DNA from: Eledone cirrhosa | Lineage: Eukaryota | DNA: 64,000 nt | NCBI GenBank assembly: GCA_964016885.1 | Contig: OZ024741.1 | Location: forward strand, 258,602,001 to 258,666,000 | Reading direction: 5' to 3' | Part shown: in pieces, positions 30,920 to 42,900 of the stretch | Numbering within the stretch: the stretch's first letter is position 1 | Layout: each line of letters starts with the position of its first letter | The notes under the pieces: model-generated | Seen by the model: the letters and a program-made list of their open reading frames with translations, nothing else | Databases searched by the model: none | What the model was told of the DNA's origin: nothing | Position numbers and translations under genes: made by a program

Positions 30920-33900
30920 GTGCCAGTGTTGTAGTTGTTGCTGTTTTCTGTGTCAGTGCCAGTGTTGTTTTTGTTGCTGTTTTCTCTGTCAGTGCCAGTG
31001 TTGTTGTAGTTGTTGCTGTTTTCTCTGTCAGTGCCAGTGTTGTTGTAGTTGTTGCTGTTTTCTGTGTCAGTGCCGGTGTTGTTGTTGTTGCTGTTTTCTC
31101 TGTCAGTGCCAGTGTTGTTGTTGTTGCTGTTTTCTCTGTCAGTGCCAGTGTTTTTGTTGTTGCTGTTTTCTGTGTCAGTGCCAGTGTGTTTGTTGTTGCT
31201 GTTTTCTGTGTCAGTGCCAGTGTTGTTGTAGTTGTTGCTGTTTTCTGTATCAGTGCCAGTGTTGTTGTAGTTGTTGCTTTTTTCAGTGTCAGTGCCAGTG
31301 TTGTTGTAGTTGTTGCTGTTTTCTCTGTCAGTGACAGTTTTGTTGTAGTTGTTGCTGTTTTCTGTGTCAGTGCCAGTGTTGTTGTAGTTGTTGCTGTTTT
31401 CTTTGTCAGTGCCAGTGTTGTTGTTGTTGCTGTTTTCTCTGTCAGTGCCAGTGTTGTAGTTGTTGCTGTTTTCTCTGTCAGTGCCAGTGTTGTTGTTGTT
31501 GTTGCTGTTTTCTCTGTCAGTGCCAGTGTTGTTGTTGTTGCTATTTTCACTGTCAGTGCCAGTGTTGTTGTTGTTGCTATTTTCACTGTCAGTGCCAGTG
31601 TTGTTGTTGTTACTGTTGCTGTTTTCTGTGTCAGTGCCAGAATTGTTGTTGTTACTGTTGCTGTTTTCTGTGCCAGTGTTATTGTTGCTGTTGTTGCTGT
31701 TTTGTCTGTCAGTGCCAGTGTTGTAGTTGTTGCTGTTTTCTCTGTCAGTGCCAGTGTTGTTGTAGTTGTTGCTGTTTTCTGTGTCAGTGCCAGTGTTGTT
31801 GTTGTTGCTGTTTTCTGTGTCAGTGCCAGTGTTGTTGTTGTTGCTATTTTCACTGTCAGTGCCAGTGTTGTTGCTGTTGCTGTTTTCTCTGTCAGTGCCA
31901 GTGATGTTGTAGTTGTTGCTGTTTTCTGTGTTAGTGCCAGTGTTGTTGTAGTTGTTGCTGTTTTCTGTGTCAGTGCCAGTGTTGTTGCTGTTGCTGTTTT
32001 CTCTGTCAGTGCCAGTGTTGTTGTAGTTGTTGCTGTTTTCTGTGTCAGTGCCAGTGTTGTTTTAGTTGTTGCTGTTTTCTGTGTCAGTGCCAGTGTTGTT
32101 GTAGTTATTGCTGTTTTCTCTGTCAGTGCCAGTGTTGTTGTAGTTGTTGCTGTTTTCTGTGTCAGTGCCAGTGTTGTTGTAGTTGTTGCTGTTTTCTGTG
32201 TCAGTGCCAGTGTTGTTGTAGTTGTTGCTGTTTTCTCTGTCAGTGCCAGTGTTGTTGTAGTTGTTGCTGTTTTCTGTGTCAGTGCCAGTGTTGTTGTAGT
32301 TGTTGCTGTTTTCTCTGTCAGTGCCAGTGTTGTTGTAGTTGTTGCTGTTTTCTGTGTCAGTGCCAGTGTTGTTGTTGTTGCTGTTTTCTCTGTCAGTGCC
32401 AGTGTTGTTGTAGTTGTTGCTGTTTTCTCTGTCAGTGCCAGTTTTGTTGTAGTTGTTGCTGTTTTCTGTGTCAGTGCCAGTGTTGTTGTAGTTGTTGCTG
32501 TTTTCTCTGTCAGTGCCAGTGTTGTTGTTGTTGTTGCTGTTTTCTCTGTCAGTGTTGTTGTTGTTGCTATTTTCACTGTCAGTGCCAGTGTTGTTGTTGT
32601 TGCTGTTTTCTGTGTCAGTGCCAGTGTTGTTGTTGTTGTTGCTGTTTTCTGTGTCAGTGCCAGTGTTGTTGTTGTTACTGCTGCTGTTTTCTGTGTCAGT
32701 GCCAGTGTTGTTGTTGCTGTTGTTGCTGTTTTCTGTGTTAGTGCCAGTCTTGTTGTTGCTGTTTTCCGTGCCAGTGTTGTTGTAGTTGTTGCTGTTTTCT
32801 GTGTCAGTGCCAGTGTTCTTGCTGTTGCTGTTTTCTGTGTCAGTGCCAGTGTCGTTGTTGTTACTGTTGCTGTTTTCTGTGTCAGTTCCAGGGTTGTTGT
32901 TGTTGTTGCTGTTGCTGTTTTCTGTGCCAGTGCCAGTGTTATTGTTGCTGTTGTTGCTGTTTTCTCTGTCAGTGCCAGTGTTGTTGTAGTTGTTGCTGTT
33001 TTCTCTGTCAGTGCCAGTGTTGTTGTAGTTGTTGCTGTTTTCTGTGTCAGTGCCAGTGTTGTTGTAGTTGTTGCTGTTTTCTCTGTCAGTGCCAGTGTTG
33101 TTGTTGTTGCTGTTTTCTCTGTCAGTTCCAGTGTTGCTGTTGCTGTTTTCTGTGCCAGTGCCAGTGTTATTGTTGCTGTTTTCTGTGTCAGTGCCACGGT
33201 TGTTGTTGCTGTTGTTGCTGTTTTCTGTGTCAGTGCCAGTGTTGTTGATGCTGTTGTTGCTGTTTTCTGTGTCAGTGCCAGTGTTGTTGTTGCTGTTGTT
33301 GCTGTTTTCCGTGCCAGTGTTGTTGTAGTTGTTGCTGTTTTCTGTGTCAGTGCCAGTGTTGTTGTAGTTGTTGCTGTTTTCTGTGTCAGTGCCAGTGTTG
33401 TTGTAGTTGTTGCTGTTTTCTGTGTCAGTGCCAGTGTTGTTGTAGTTGTTGCTGTTTTCTCTGGCAGTGCCAGTGTTGTTGTAGTTGTTGCTGTTTTCTC
33501 TGTCAGTGCCAGTGTTGTTGTAGTTGTTGCTCTTTTCTGTGTCAGTGCCAGTGTTGAGGCTGTTGCTGTTTTCTCTGTCAGTGCAGTGTTGTTGTAGTTG
33601 TTGCTGTTTTCTCTGTCAGTGCCAGTGTTGTTGTTGTTGCTGTTTTCTCTGTCAGTGCCAGTGTTGTTGTTGTTGCGGTTTTCTCTGTCAGTGCCAGTGT
33701 TGTTGTAGTTGTTGCTGTTTTCTGTGTCAGTACCACTGTTGTTGTTGCTGTTTTCTGTGTCAGTGCCAGTGTTGTTGTTGTTGCTGTTTTCTCTGTCAGT
33801 GCCAGTGTTGTTGTTGCTGTTTTTCTGTCAGTGCCAGTGTTGTTGTTGTTGCTGTTTTCTGTGTCAGTGCCATTGTTATTGCTGTTGTTGCTGTTTTCTC

Positions 33901-36900
33901 TGTCAGTGCCAGTGTTGTTGTAGTTGTTGCTGTTTTCTCTGTCAGTGCCAGTGTTGTTGTAGTTGTTGCTGTTTTCTGTGTCAGTGCCGGTGTTGTTGTT
34001 GTTGCTGTTTTCTCTGTCAGTGCCAGTGTTGTTGTTGTTGCTGTTTTCTCTGTCAGTGCCAGTGTTGTTGTTGTTGCTGTTTTCTGTGTCAGTGCCAGTG
34101 TTGTTGTAGTTGTTGCTGTTTTCTGTGTCAGTGCCAGTGTTGTTGTAGTTGTTGCTGTTTTCTGTGTCAGTGCCAGTGTTGTTGTAGTTGTTGCTGTTTT
34201 CTCTGTGAGTGCCAGTGTTGTTGTAGTTGTTGCTGTTTTCTGTGTCAGTGACAGTGTTGTTGTAGTTGTTGCTGTTTTCTTTGTCAGTGCCAGTGTTGTT
34301 GTTGTTGCTGTTTTCTCTGTCAGTGCCAGTGTTGTAGTTGTTGCTGTTTTCTCTGTCAGTGCCAGTGTTGTTGTTGCTGTTTTCTCTGTCAGTGCCAGTG
34401 TTGTTGTTGTTGCTATTTTCACTGTCAGTGCCAGTGTTGTTGTTGTTGTTGCTATTTTCACTGTCAGTGCCAGTGTTGTTGTTGTTACTTTTGCTGTTTT
34501 CTGTGTCAGTGACAGTGTTGTTGTTGTTGTTACTGTTGCTGTTTTCTGTGCCAGTGCCAGTGTTATTGTTGCTGTTGTTGCTGTTTTGTCTGTCAGTGCC
34601 AGTGTTGTAGTTGTTGCTGTTTTCTCTGTCAGTGCCAGTGTTGTTGTAGTTGTAGCTGTTTTCTGTGTCAGTGCCAGTGTTGTCGTTGTTGCTGTTTTCT
34701 GTGTCAGTGCCAGTGTTGTTGTTGTTGCTATTTTCACTGTCAGTGCCAGTGTTGTTGCTGTTGCTGTTTTCTCTGTCAGTGCCAGTGTTGTTGTAGTTGT
34801 TGCTGCTTTCTCTGTCAGTGCCAGTGTTGTTGTAGTTGTTTCTGTTTTCTGTGTCAGTGCCAGTGTTGTTGTTGTTGCTGTTTTCTCTGTCAGTGCCAGT
34901 GTTGTTGTAGTTGTTGCTGTTTTCTGTGTCAGTGCCACTGTTGTTGTTGCTGTTTTCTGTGTCTGTGCCAGTGTTGTTTTTGTTGCTGTTTTCTCTGTCA
35001 GTGCCAGTGTTGTTGTTGCTGTTTTCTCTGTCAGTGCCAGTGTTGTTGTTGTTGCTGTTTTCTGTGTCAGTGCCAGTGTTGTTGTAGTTGTTGCTGTTTT
35101 CTGTGTCAGTGCCAGTGTTGTTGTAGTTGTTGCTGTTTTCTGTGTCAGTGCCGGTGTTGTTGTAGTTGTTGCTGTTTTCTGTGTCAGTGCCAGTGTTGTT
35201 GTAGTTGTTGCTGTTTTCTCTGTCAGTGCCAGTGTTGTTGTTGTTGCTGTTTTCTCTGTCAGTGCCAGTGTTGTTGTTGTTGCTGTTTTCTCTGTCAGTG
35301 CCAGTGTTGTTGTAGTTGTTGCTGTTTTCTGTGTCAGTGCCAGTGTTGTTGCTGTTGTTGCTGTTTTCTGTGTCAGTGCCAGTGTTGTTGTTGCTGTTTT
35401 CTCTGTCAGTGCCAGTGTTTTTGTTGTTGCTGTTTTCTGTGTCAGTGCCAGTGTTGTTCTAGTTGTTGATGTTTTCTGTGCCAGTGCCAGTGTTGTTGTA
35501 GTTGTTGCTGTTTTCTCTGTCAGTACCAGTGTTGTTGTAGTTGTTGCTGTTTTCTCTGTCAGTGCCAGTGTTGTTGTAGTTGTTGCTGTTTTCTGTGTCA
35601 GTGCCAGTGTTGTTGTTGTTGCTGTTTTCTCTGTCAGTGCCAGTGTTGTTGTTGTTGTTGCTGTTTTCTCTGTCAGTGCCAGTGTTGTTGTAGTTGTTGC
35701 TGTTTTCTCTGTCAGTGCCAGTGTTGTTGTAGTTGTTGCTGTTTTCTGTGTCAGTGCCAGTGTTGTTGTTGTTGCTGTTTTCTGTGTCAGTGCCAGTGTT
35801 GTTGTTGTTGCTATTTTCACTGTCAGTGCCAGTGTTGTTGCTGTTGCTGTTTTCTCTGTCAGTGCCAGTGATGTTGTAGTTGTTGCTGTTTTCTGTGTTA
35901 GTGCCAGTGTTGTTGTAGTTGTTGCTGTTTTCTGTGTCAGTGCCAGTGTTGGTGCTGTTGCTGTTTTCTCTGTCAGTGCCAGTGTTGTTGTAGTTGTTGC
36001 TGCTTTCTCTGTCAGTGCCAGTGTTGTTGTAGTTGTTTCTGTTTTCTGTGTCAGTGCCAGTGTTGTTGTTGTTGCTGTTTTCTCTGTCAGTGCCAGTGTT
36101 GTTGTAGTTGTTGCTGTTTTCTGTGTCAGTGCCAGTGTTGGTGCTGTTGCTGTTTTCTCTGTCAGTGCCAGTGTTGTTGTAGTTGTTGCTGCTTTCTCTG
36201 TCAGTGCCAGTGTTGTTGTAGTTGTTTCTGTTTTCTCTGTCAGTGCCAGTGTTGTTGTAGTTGTTGCTGTTTTCTGTGTCAGTGCCAGTGTTGTTCTAGT
36301 TGTTGATGTTTTCTGTGCCAGTGCCAGTGTTGTTGTAGTTGTTTCTGTTTTCTCTGTCAGTGCCAGTGTTGTTGTAGTTGTTGCTGTTTTCTGTGTCAGT
36401 GCCAGTGTTGTTCTAGTTGTTGATGTTTTCTGTGCCAGTGCCAGTGTTGTTGTAGTTGTTGCTGTTTTCTCTGTCAGTGCCAGTGTTGTTGTAGTTGTTG
36501 CTGTTTTCTGTGTCAGTGCCAGTGTTGTTGTAGTTGTTGCTGTTTTCTCTGTCAATGCCAGTGTTGTTGTTGTTGCTGTTTTCTCTGTCAGTGCCAGTGT
36601 TGTTGTTGTTGCTGTTTTCTCTGTCAGTGCCAGTGTTGTTGTAGTTGTTGCTGTTTTCTGTGTCAGTGCCAGTGTTGTTGCTGTTGTTGCTGTTTTCTGT
36701 GTCAGTGCCAGTGTTGTTGTTGCTGTTTTCTCTGTCAGTGCCAGTGTTTTTGTTGTTGCTGTTTTCTGTGTCAGTGCCAGTGTTGTTCTAGTTGTTGATG
36801 TTTTCTGTGCCAGTGCCAGTGTTGTTGTAGTTGTTGCTGTTTTCTCTGTCAGTGCCAGTGTTGTTGTAGTTGTTGCTGTTTTCTCTGTCAGTGCCAGTGT

Positions 36901-39900
36901 TGTTGTAGTTGTTGCTGTTTTCTGTGTCAGTGCCAGTGTTGTTGTTGTTGCTGTTTTCTCTGTCAGTGCCAGTGTTGTTGTTGTTGTTGCTGTTTTCTCT
37001 GTCAGTGCCAGTGTTGTTGTAGTTGTTGCTGTTTTCTGTGTCAGTGCCAGTGTTGTTGTTGTTGCTGTTTTCTGTGTCAGTGCCAGTGTTGTTGTTGTTG
37101 CTATTTTCACTGTCAGTGCCAGTGTTGTTGCTGTTGCTGTTTTCTCTGTCAGTGCCAGTGATGTTGTAGTTGTTGCTGTTTTCTGTGTTAGTGCCAGTGT
37201 TGTTGTAGTTGTTGCTGTTTTCTGTGTCAGTGCCAGTGTTGGTGCTGTTGCTGTTTTCTCTGTCAGTGCCAGTGTTGTTGTAGTTGTTGCTGCTTTCTCT
37301 GTCAGTGCCAGTGTTGTTGTAGTTGTTTCTGTTTTCTGTGTCAGTGCCAGTGTTGTTGTTGTTGCTGTTTTCTCTGTCAGTGCCAGTGTTGTTGTAGTTG
37401 TTGCTGTTTTCTGTGTCAGTGCCAGTGTTGGTGCTGTTGCTGTTTTCTCTGTCAGTGCCAGTGTTGTTGTAGTTGTTGCTGCTTTCTCTGTCAGTGCCAG
37501 TGTTGTTGTAGTTGTTTCTGTTTTCTCTGTCAGTGCCAGTGTTGTTGTAGTTGTTGCTGTTTTCTGTGTCAGTGCCAGTGTTGTTCTAGTTGTTGATGTT
37601 TTCTGTGCCAGTGCCAGTGTTGTTGTAGTTGTTTCTGTTTTCTCTGTCAGTGCCAGTGTTGTTGTAGTTGTTGCTGTTTTCTGTGTCAGTGCCAGTGTTG
37701 TTCTAGTTGTTGATGTTTTCTGTGCCAGTGCCAGTGTTGTTGTAGTTGTTGCTGTTTTCTGTGTCAGTGCCAGTGTTGTTGTAGTTGTTGCTGTTTTCTC
37801 TGTCAGTGCCAGTGTTGTTGTAGTTGTTGCTGTTTTCTGTGTCAGTGCCAGTGTTGTTGTTGTTGCTGTTTTCTCTGTCAGTGCCAGTGTTGTTGTAGTT
37901 GTTGCTGTTTTCTCTGTCAGTGCCAGTTTTGTTGTAGTTGTTGCTGTTTTCTGTGTCAGTGCCAGTGTTGTTGTAGTTGTTGCTGTTTTCTCTGTCAGTG
38001 CCAGTGTTGTTGTTGTTGTTGCTGTTTTCTCTGTCAGTGTTGTTGTTGTTGCTATTTTCACTGTCAGTGCCAGTGTTGTTGTTGTTGCTGTTTTCTGTGT
38101 CAGTGCCAGTGTTGTTGTTGTTATTGCTGTTTTCTGTGTCAGTGCCAGTGTTGTTGTTGTTACTGCTGCTGTTTTCTGTGTCAGTGCCAGTGTTGTTGTT
38201 GCTGTTGTTGCTGTTTTCTGTGTTAGTGCCAGTCTTGTTGTTGCTGTTTTCCGTGCCAGTGTTGTTGTAGTTGTTGCTGTTTTCTGTGTCAGTGCCAGTG
38301 TTGTAGTTGTTGCTGTTTTCTGTGTCAGTGCCAGTGTTGTTTTTGTTGCTGTTTTCTCTGTCAGTGCCAGTGTTGTTGTAGTTGTTGCTGTTTTCTCTGT
38401 CAGTGCCAGTGTTGTTGTAGTTGTTGCTGTTTTCTGTGTCAGTGCCGGTGTTGTTGTTGTTGCTGTTTTCTCTGTCAGTGCCAGTGTTGTTGTTGTTGCT
38501 GTTTTCTCTGTCAGTGCCAGTGTTTTTGTTGTTGCTGTTTTCTGTGTCAGTGCCAGTGTGTTTGTTGTTGCTGTTTTCTGTGTCAGTGCCAGTGTTGTTG
38601 TAGTTGTTGCTGTTTTCTGTATCAGTGCCAGTGTTGTTGTAGTTGTTGCTTTTTTCAGTGTCAGTGCCAGTGTTGTTGTAGTTGTTGCTGTTTTCTCTGT
38701 CAGTGACAGTTTTGTTGTAGTTGTTGCTGTTTTCTGTGTCAGTGCCAGTGTTGTTGTAGTTGTTGCTGTTTTCTTTGTCAGTGCCAGTGTTGTTGTTGTT
38801 GCTGTTTTCTCTGTCAGTGCCAGTGTTGTAGTTGTTGCTGTTTTCTCTGTCAGTGCCAGTGTTGTTGTTGTTGTTGCTGTTTTCTCTGTCAGTGCCAGTG
38901 TTGTTGTTGTTGCTATTTTCACTGTCAGTGCCAGTGTTGTTGTTGTTGCTATTTTCACTGTCAGTGCCAGTGTTGTTGTTGTTACTGTTGCTGTTTTCTG
39001 TGTCAGTGCCAGAATTGTTGTTGTTACTGTTGCTGTTTTCTGTGCCAGTGTTATTGTTGCTGTTGTTGCTGTTTTGTCTGTCAGTGCCAGTGTTGTAGTT
39101 GTTGCTGTTTTCTCTGTCAGTGCCAGTGTTGTTGTAGTTGTTGCTGTTTTCTGTGTCAGTGCCAGTGTTGTTGTTGTTGCTGTTTTCTGTGTCAGTGCCA
39201 GTGTTGTTGTTGTTGCTATTTTCACTGTCAGTGCCAGTGTTGTTGCTGTTGCTGTTTTCTCTGTCAGTGCCAGTGATGTTGTAGTTGTTGCTGTTTTCTG
39301 TGTTAGTGCCAGTGTTGTTGTAGTTGTTGCTGTTTTCTGTGTCAGTGCCAGTGTTGTTGCTGTTGCTGTTTTCTCTGTCAGTGCCAGTGTTGTTGTAGTT
39401 GTTGCTGTTTTCTGTGTCAGTGCCAGTGTTGTTTTAGTTGTTGCTGTTTTCTGTGTCAGTGCCAGTGTTGTTGTAGTTATTGCTGTTTTCTCTGTCAGTG
39501 CCAGTGTTGTTGTAGTTGTTGCTGTTTTCTGTGTCAGTGCCAGTGTTGTTGTAGTTGTTGCTGTTTTCTGTGTCAGTGCCAGTGTTGTTGTAGTTGTTGC
39601 TGTTTTCTCTGTCAGTGCCAGTGTTGTTGTAGTTGTTGCTGTTTTCTGTGTCAGTGCCAGTGTTGTTGTAGTTGTTGCTGTTTTCTCTGTCAGTGCCAGT
39701 GTTGTTGTAGTTGTTGCTGTTTTCTGTGTCAGTGCCAGTGTTGTTGTTGTTGCTGTTTTCTCTGTCAGTGCCAGTGTTGTTGTAGTTGTTGCTGTTTTCT
39801 CTGTCAGTGCCAGTTTTGTTGTAGTTGTTGCTGTTTTCTGTGTCAGTGCCAGTGTTGTTGTAGTTGTTGCTGTTTTCTCTGTCAGTGCCAGTGTTGTTGT

Positions 39901-42900
39901 TGTTGTTGCTGTTTTCTCTGTCAGTGTTGTTGTTGTTGCTATTTTCACTGTCAGTGCCAGTGTTGTTGTTGTTGCTGTTTTCTGTGTCAGTGCCAGTGTT
40001 GTTGTTGTTGTTGCTGTTTTCTGTGTCAGTGCCAGTGTTGTTGTTGTTACTGCTGCTGTTTTCTGTGTCAGTGCCAGTGTTGTTGTTGCTGTTGTTGCTG
40101 TTTTCTGTGTTAGTGCCAGTCTTGTTGTTGCTGTTTTCCGTGCCAGTGTTGTTGTAGTTGTTGCTGTTTTCTGTGTCAGTGCCAGTGTTCTTGCTGTTGC
40201 TGTTTTCTGTGTCAGTGCCAGTGTCGTTGTTGTTACTGTTGCTGTTTTCTGTGTCAGTTCCAGGGTTGTTGTTGTTGTTGCTGTTGCTGTTTTCTGTGCC
40301 AGTGCCAGTGTTATTGTTGCTGTTGTTGCTGTTTTCTCTGTCAGTGCCAGTGTTGTTGTAGTTGTTGCTGTTTTCTCTGTCAGTGCCAGTGTTGTTGTAG
40401 TTGTTGCTGTTTTCTGTGTCAGTGCCAGTGTTGTTGTAGTTGTTGCTGTTTTCTCTGTCAGTGCCAGTGTTGTTGTTGTTGCTGTTTTCTCTGTCAGTTC
40501 CAGTGTTGCTGTTGCTGTTTTCTGTGCCAGTGCCAGTGTTATTGTTGCTGTTTTCTGTGTCAGTGCCACGGTTGTTGTTGCTGTTGTTGCTGTTTTCTGT
40601 GTCAGTGCCAGTGTTGTTGATGCTGTTGTTGCTGTTTTCTGTGTCAGTGCCAGTGTTGTTGTTGCTGTTGTTGCTGTTTTCCGTGCCAGTGTTGTTGTAG
40701 TTGTTGCTGTTTTCTGTGTCAGTGCCAGTGTTGTTGTAGTTGTTGCTGTTTTCTGTGTCAGTGCCAGTGTTGTTGTAGTTGTTGCTGTTTTCTGTGTCAG
40801 TGCCAGTGTTGTTGTAGTTGTTGCTGTTTTCTCTGGCAGTGCCAGTGTTGTTGTAGTTGTTGCTGTTTTCTCTGTCAGTGCCAGTGTTGTTGTAGTTGTT
40901 GCTCTTTTCTGTGTCAGTGCCAGTGTTGAGGCTGTTGCTGTTTTCTCTGTCAGTGCAGTGTTGTTGTAGTTGTTGCTGTTTTCTCTGTCAGTGCCAGTGT
41001 TGTTGTTGTTGCTGTTTTCTCTGTCAGTGCCAGTGTTGTTGTTGTTGCGGTTTTCTCTGTCAGTGCCAGTGTTGTTGTAGTTGTTGCTGTTTTCTGTGTC
41101 AGTACCACTGTTGTTGTTGCTGTTTTCTGTGTCAGTGCCAGTGTTGTTGTTGTTGCTGTTTTCTCTGTCAGTGCCAGTGTTGTTGTTGCTGTTTTTCTGT
41201 CAGTGCCAGTGTTGTTGTTGTTGCTGTTTTCTGTGTCAGTGCCATTGTTATTGCTGTTGTTGCTGTTTTCTCTGTCAGTGCCAGTGTTGTTGTAGTTGTT
41301 GCTGTTTTCTCTGTCAGTGCCAGTGTTGTTGTAGTTGTTGCTGTTTTCTGTGTCAGTGCCGGTGTTGTTGTTGTTGCTGTTTTCTCTGTCAGTGCCAGTG
41401 TTGTTGTTGTTGCTGTTTTCTCTGTCAGTGCCAGTGTTGTTGTTGTTGCTGTTTTCTGTGTCAGTGCCAGTGTTGTTGTAGTTGTTGCTGTTTTCTGTGT
41501 CAGTGCCAGTGTTGTTGTAGTTGTTGCTGTTTTCTGTGTCAGTGCCAGTGTTGTTGTAGTTGTTGCTGTTTTCTCTGTGAGTGCCAGTGTTGTTGTAGTT
41601 GTTGCTGTTTTCTGTGTCAGTGACAGTGTTGTTGTAGTTGTTGCTGTTTTCTTTGTCAGTGCCAGTGTTGTTGTTGTTGCTGTTTTCTCTGTCAGTGCCA
41701 GTGTTGTAGTTGTTGCTGTTTTCTCTGTCAGTGCCAGTGTTGTTGTTGCTGTTTTCTCTGTCAGTGCCAGTGTTGTTGTTGTTGCTATTTTCACTGTCAG
41801 TGCCAGTGTTGTTGTTGTTGTTGCTATTTTCACTGTCAGTGCCAGTGTTGTTGTTGTTACTTTTGCTGTTTTCTGTGTCAGTGACAGTGTTGTTGTTGTT
41901 GTTACTGTTGCTGTTTTCTGTGCCAGTGCCAGTGTTATTGTTGCTGTTGTTGCTGTTTTGTCTGTCAGTGCCAGTGTTGTAGTTGTTGCTGTTTTCTCTG
42001 TCAGTGCCAGTGTTGTTGTAGTTGTAGCTGTTTTCTGTGTCAGTGCCAGTGTTGTCGTTGTTGCTGTTTTCTGTGTCAGTGCCAGTGTTGTTGTTGTTGC
42101 TATTTTCACTGTCAGTGCCAGTGTTGTTGCTGTTGCTGTTTTCTCTGTCAGTGCCAGTGTTGTTGTAGTTGTTGCTGCTTTCTCTGTCAGTGCCAGTGTT
42201 GTTGTAGTTGTTTCTGTTTTCTGTGTCAGTGCCAGTGTTGTTGTTGTTGCTGTTTTCTCTGTCAGTGCCAGTGTTGTTGTAGTTGTTGCTGTTTTCTGTG
42301 TCAGTGCCACTGTTGTTGTTGCTGTTTTCTGTGTCTGTGCCAGTGTTGTTTTTGTTGCTGTTTTCTCTGTCAGTGCCAGTGTTGTTGTTGCTGTTTTCTC
42401 TGTCAGTGCCAGTGTTGTTGTTGTTGCTGTTTTCTGTGTCAGTGCCAGTGTTGTTGTAGTTGTTGCTGTTTTCTGTGTCAGTGCCAGTGTTGTTGTAGTT
42501 GTTGCTGTTTTCTGTGTCAGTGCCGGTGTTGTTGTAGTTGTTGCTGTTTTCTGTGTCAGTGCCAGTGTTGTTGTAGTTGTTGCTGTTTTCTCTGTCAGTG
42601 CCAGTGTTGTTGTTGTTGCTGTTTTCTCTGTCAGTGCCAGTGTTGTTGTTGTTGCTGTTTTCTCTGTCAGTGCCAGTGTTGTTGTAGTTGTTGCTGTTTT
42701 CTGTGTCAGTGCCAGTGTTGTTGCTGTTGTTGCTGTTTTCTGTGTCAGTGCCAGTGTTGTTGTTGCTGTTTTCTCTGTCAGTGCCAGTGTTTTTGTTGTT
42801 GCTGTTTTCTGTGTCAGTGCCAGTGTTGTTCTAGTTGTTGATGTTTTCTGTGCCAGTGCCAGTGTTGTTGTAGTTGTTGCTGTTTTCTCTGTCAGTACCA

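Noticed and set aside
17347-33597. 5416-aa + strand ORF (VSASVVVVVAVF[S/C])n and the similar 1-2.5 kaa ORFs
   Set aside because: An almost entirely hydrophobic Val polymer with arbitrary GTG/TTG starts is implausible as a protein. The frame is open only because the unit has no stop in it.
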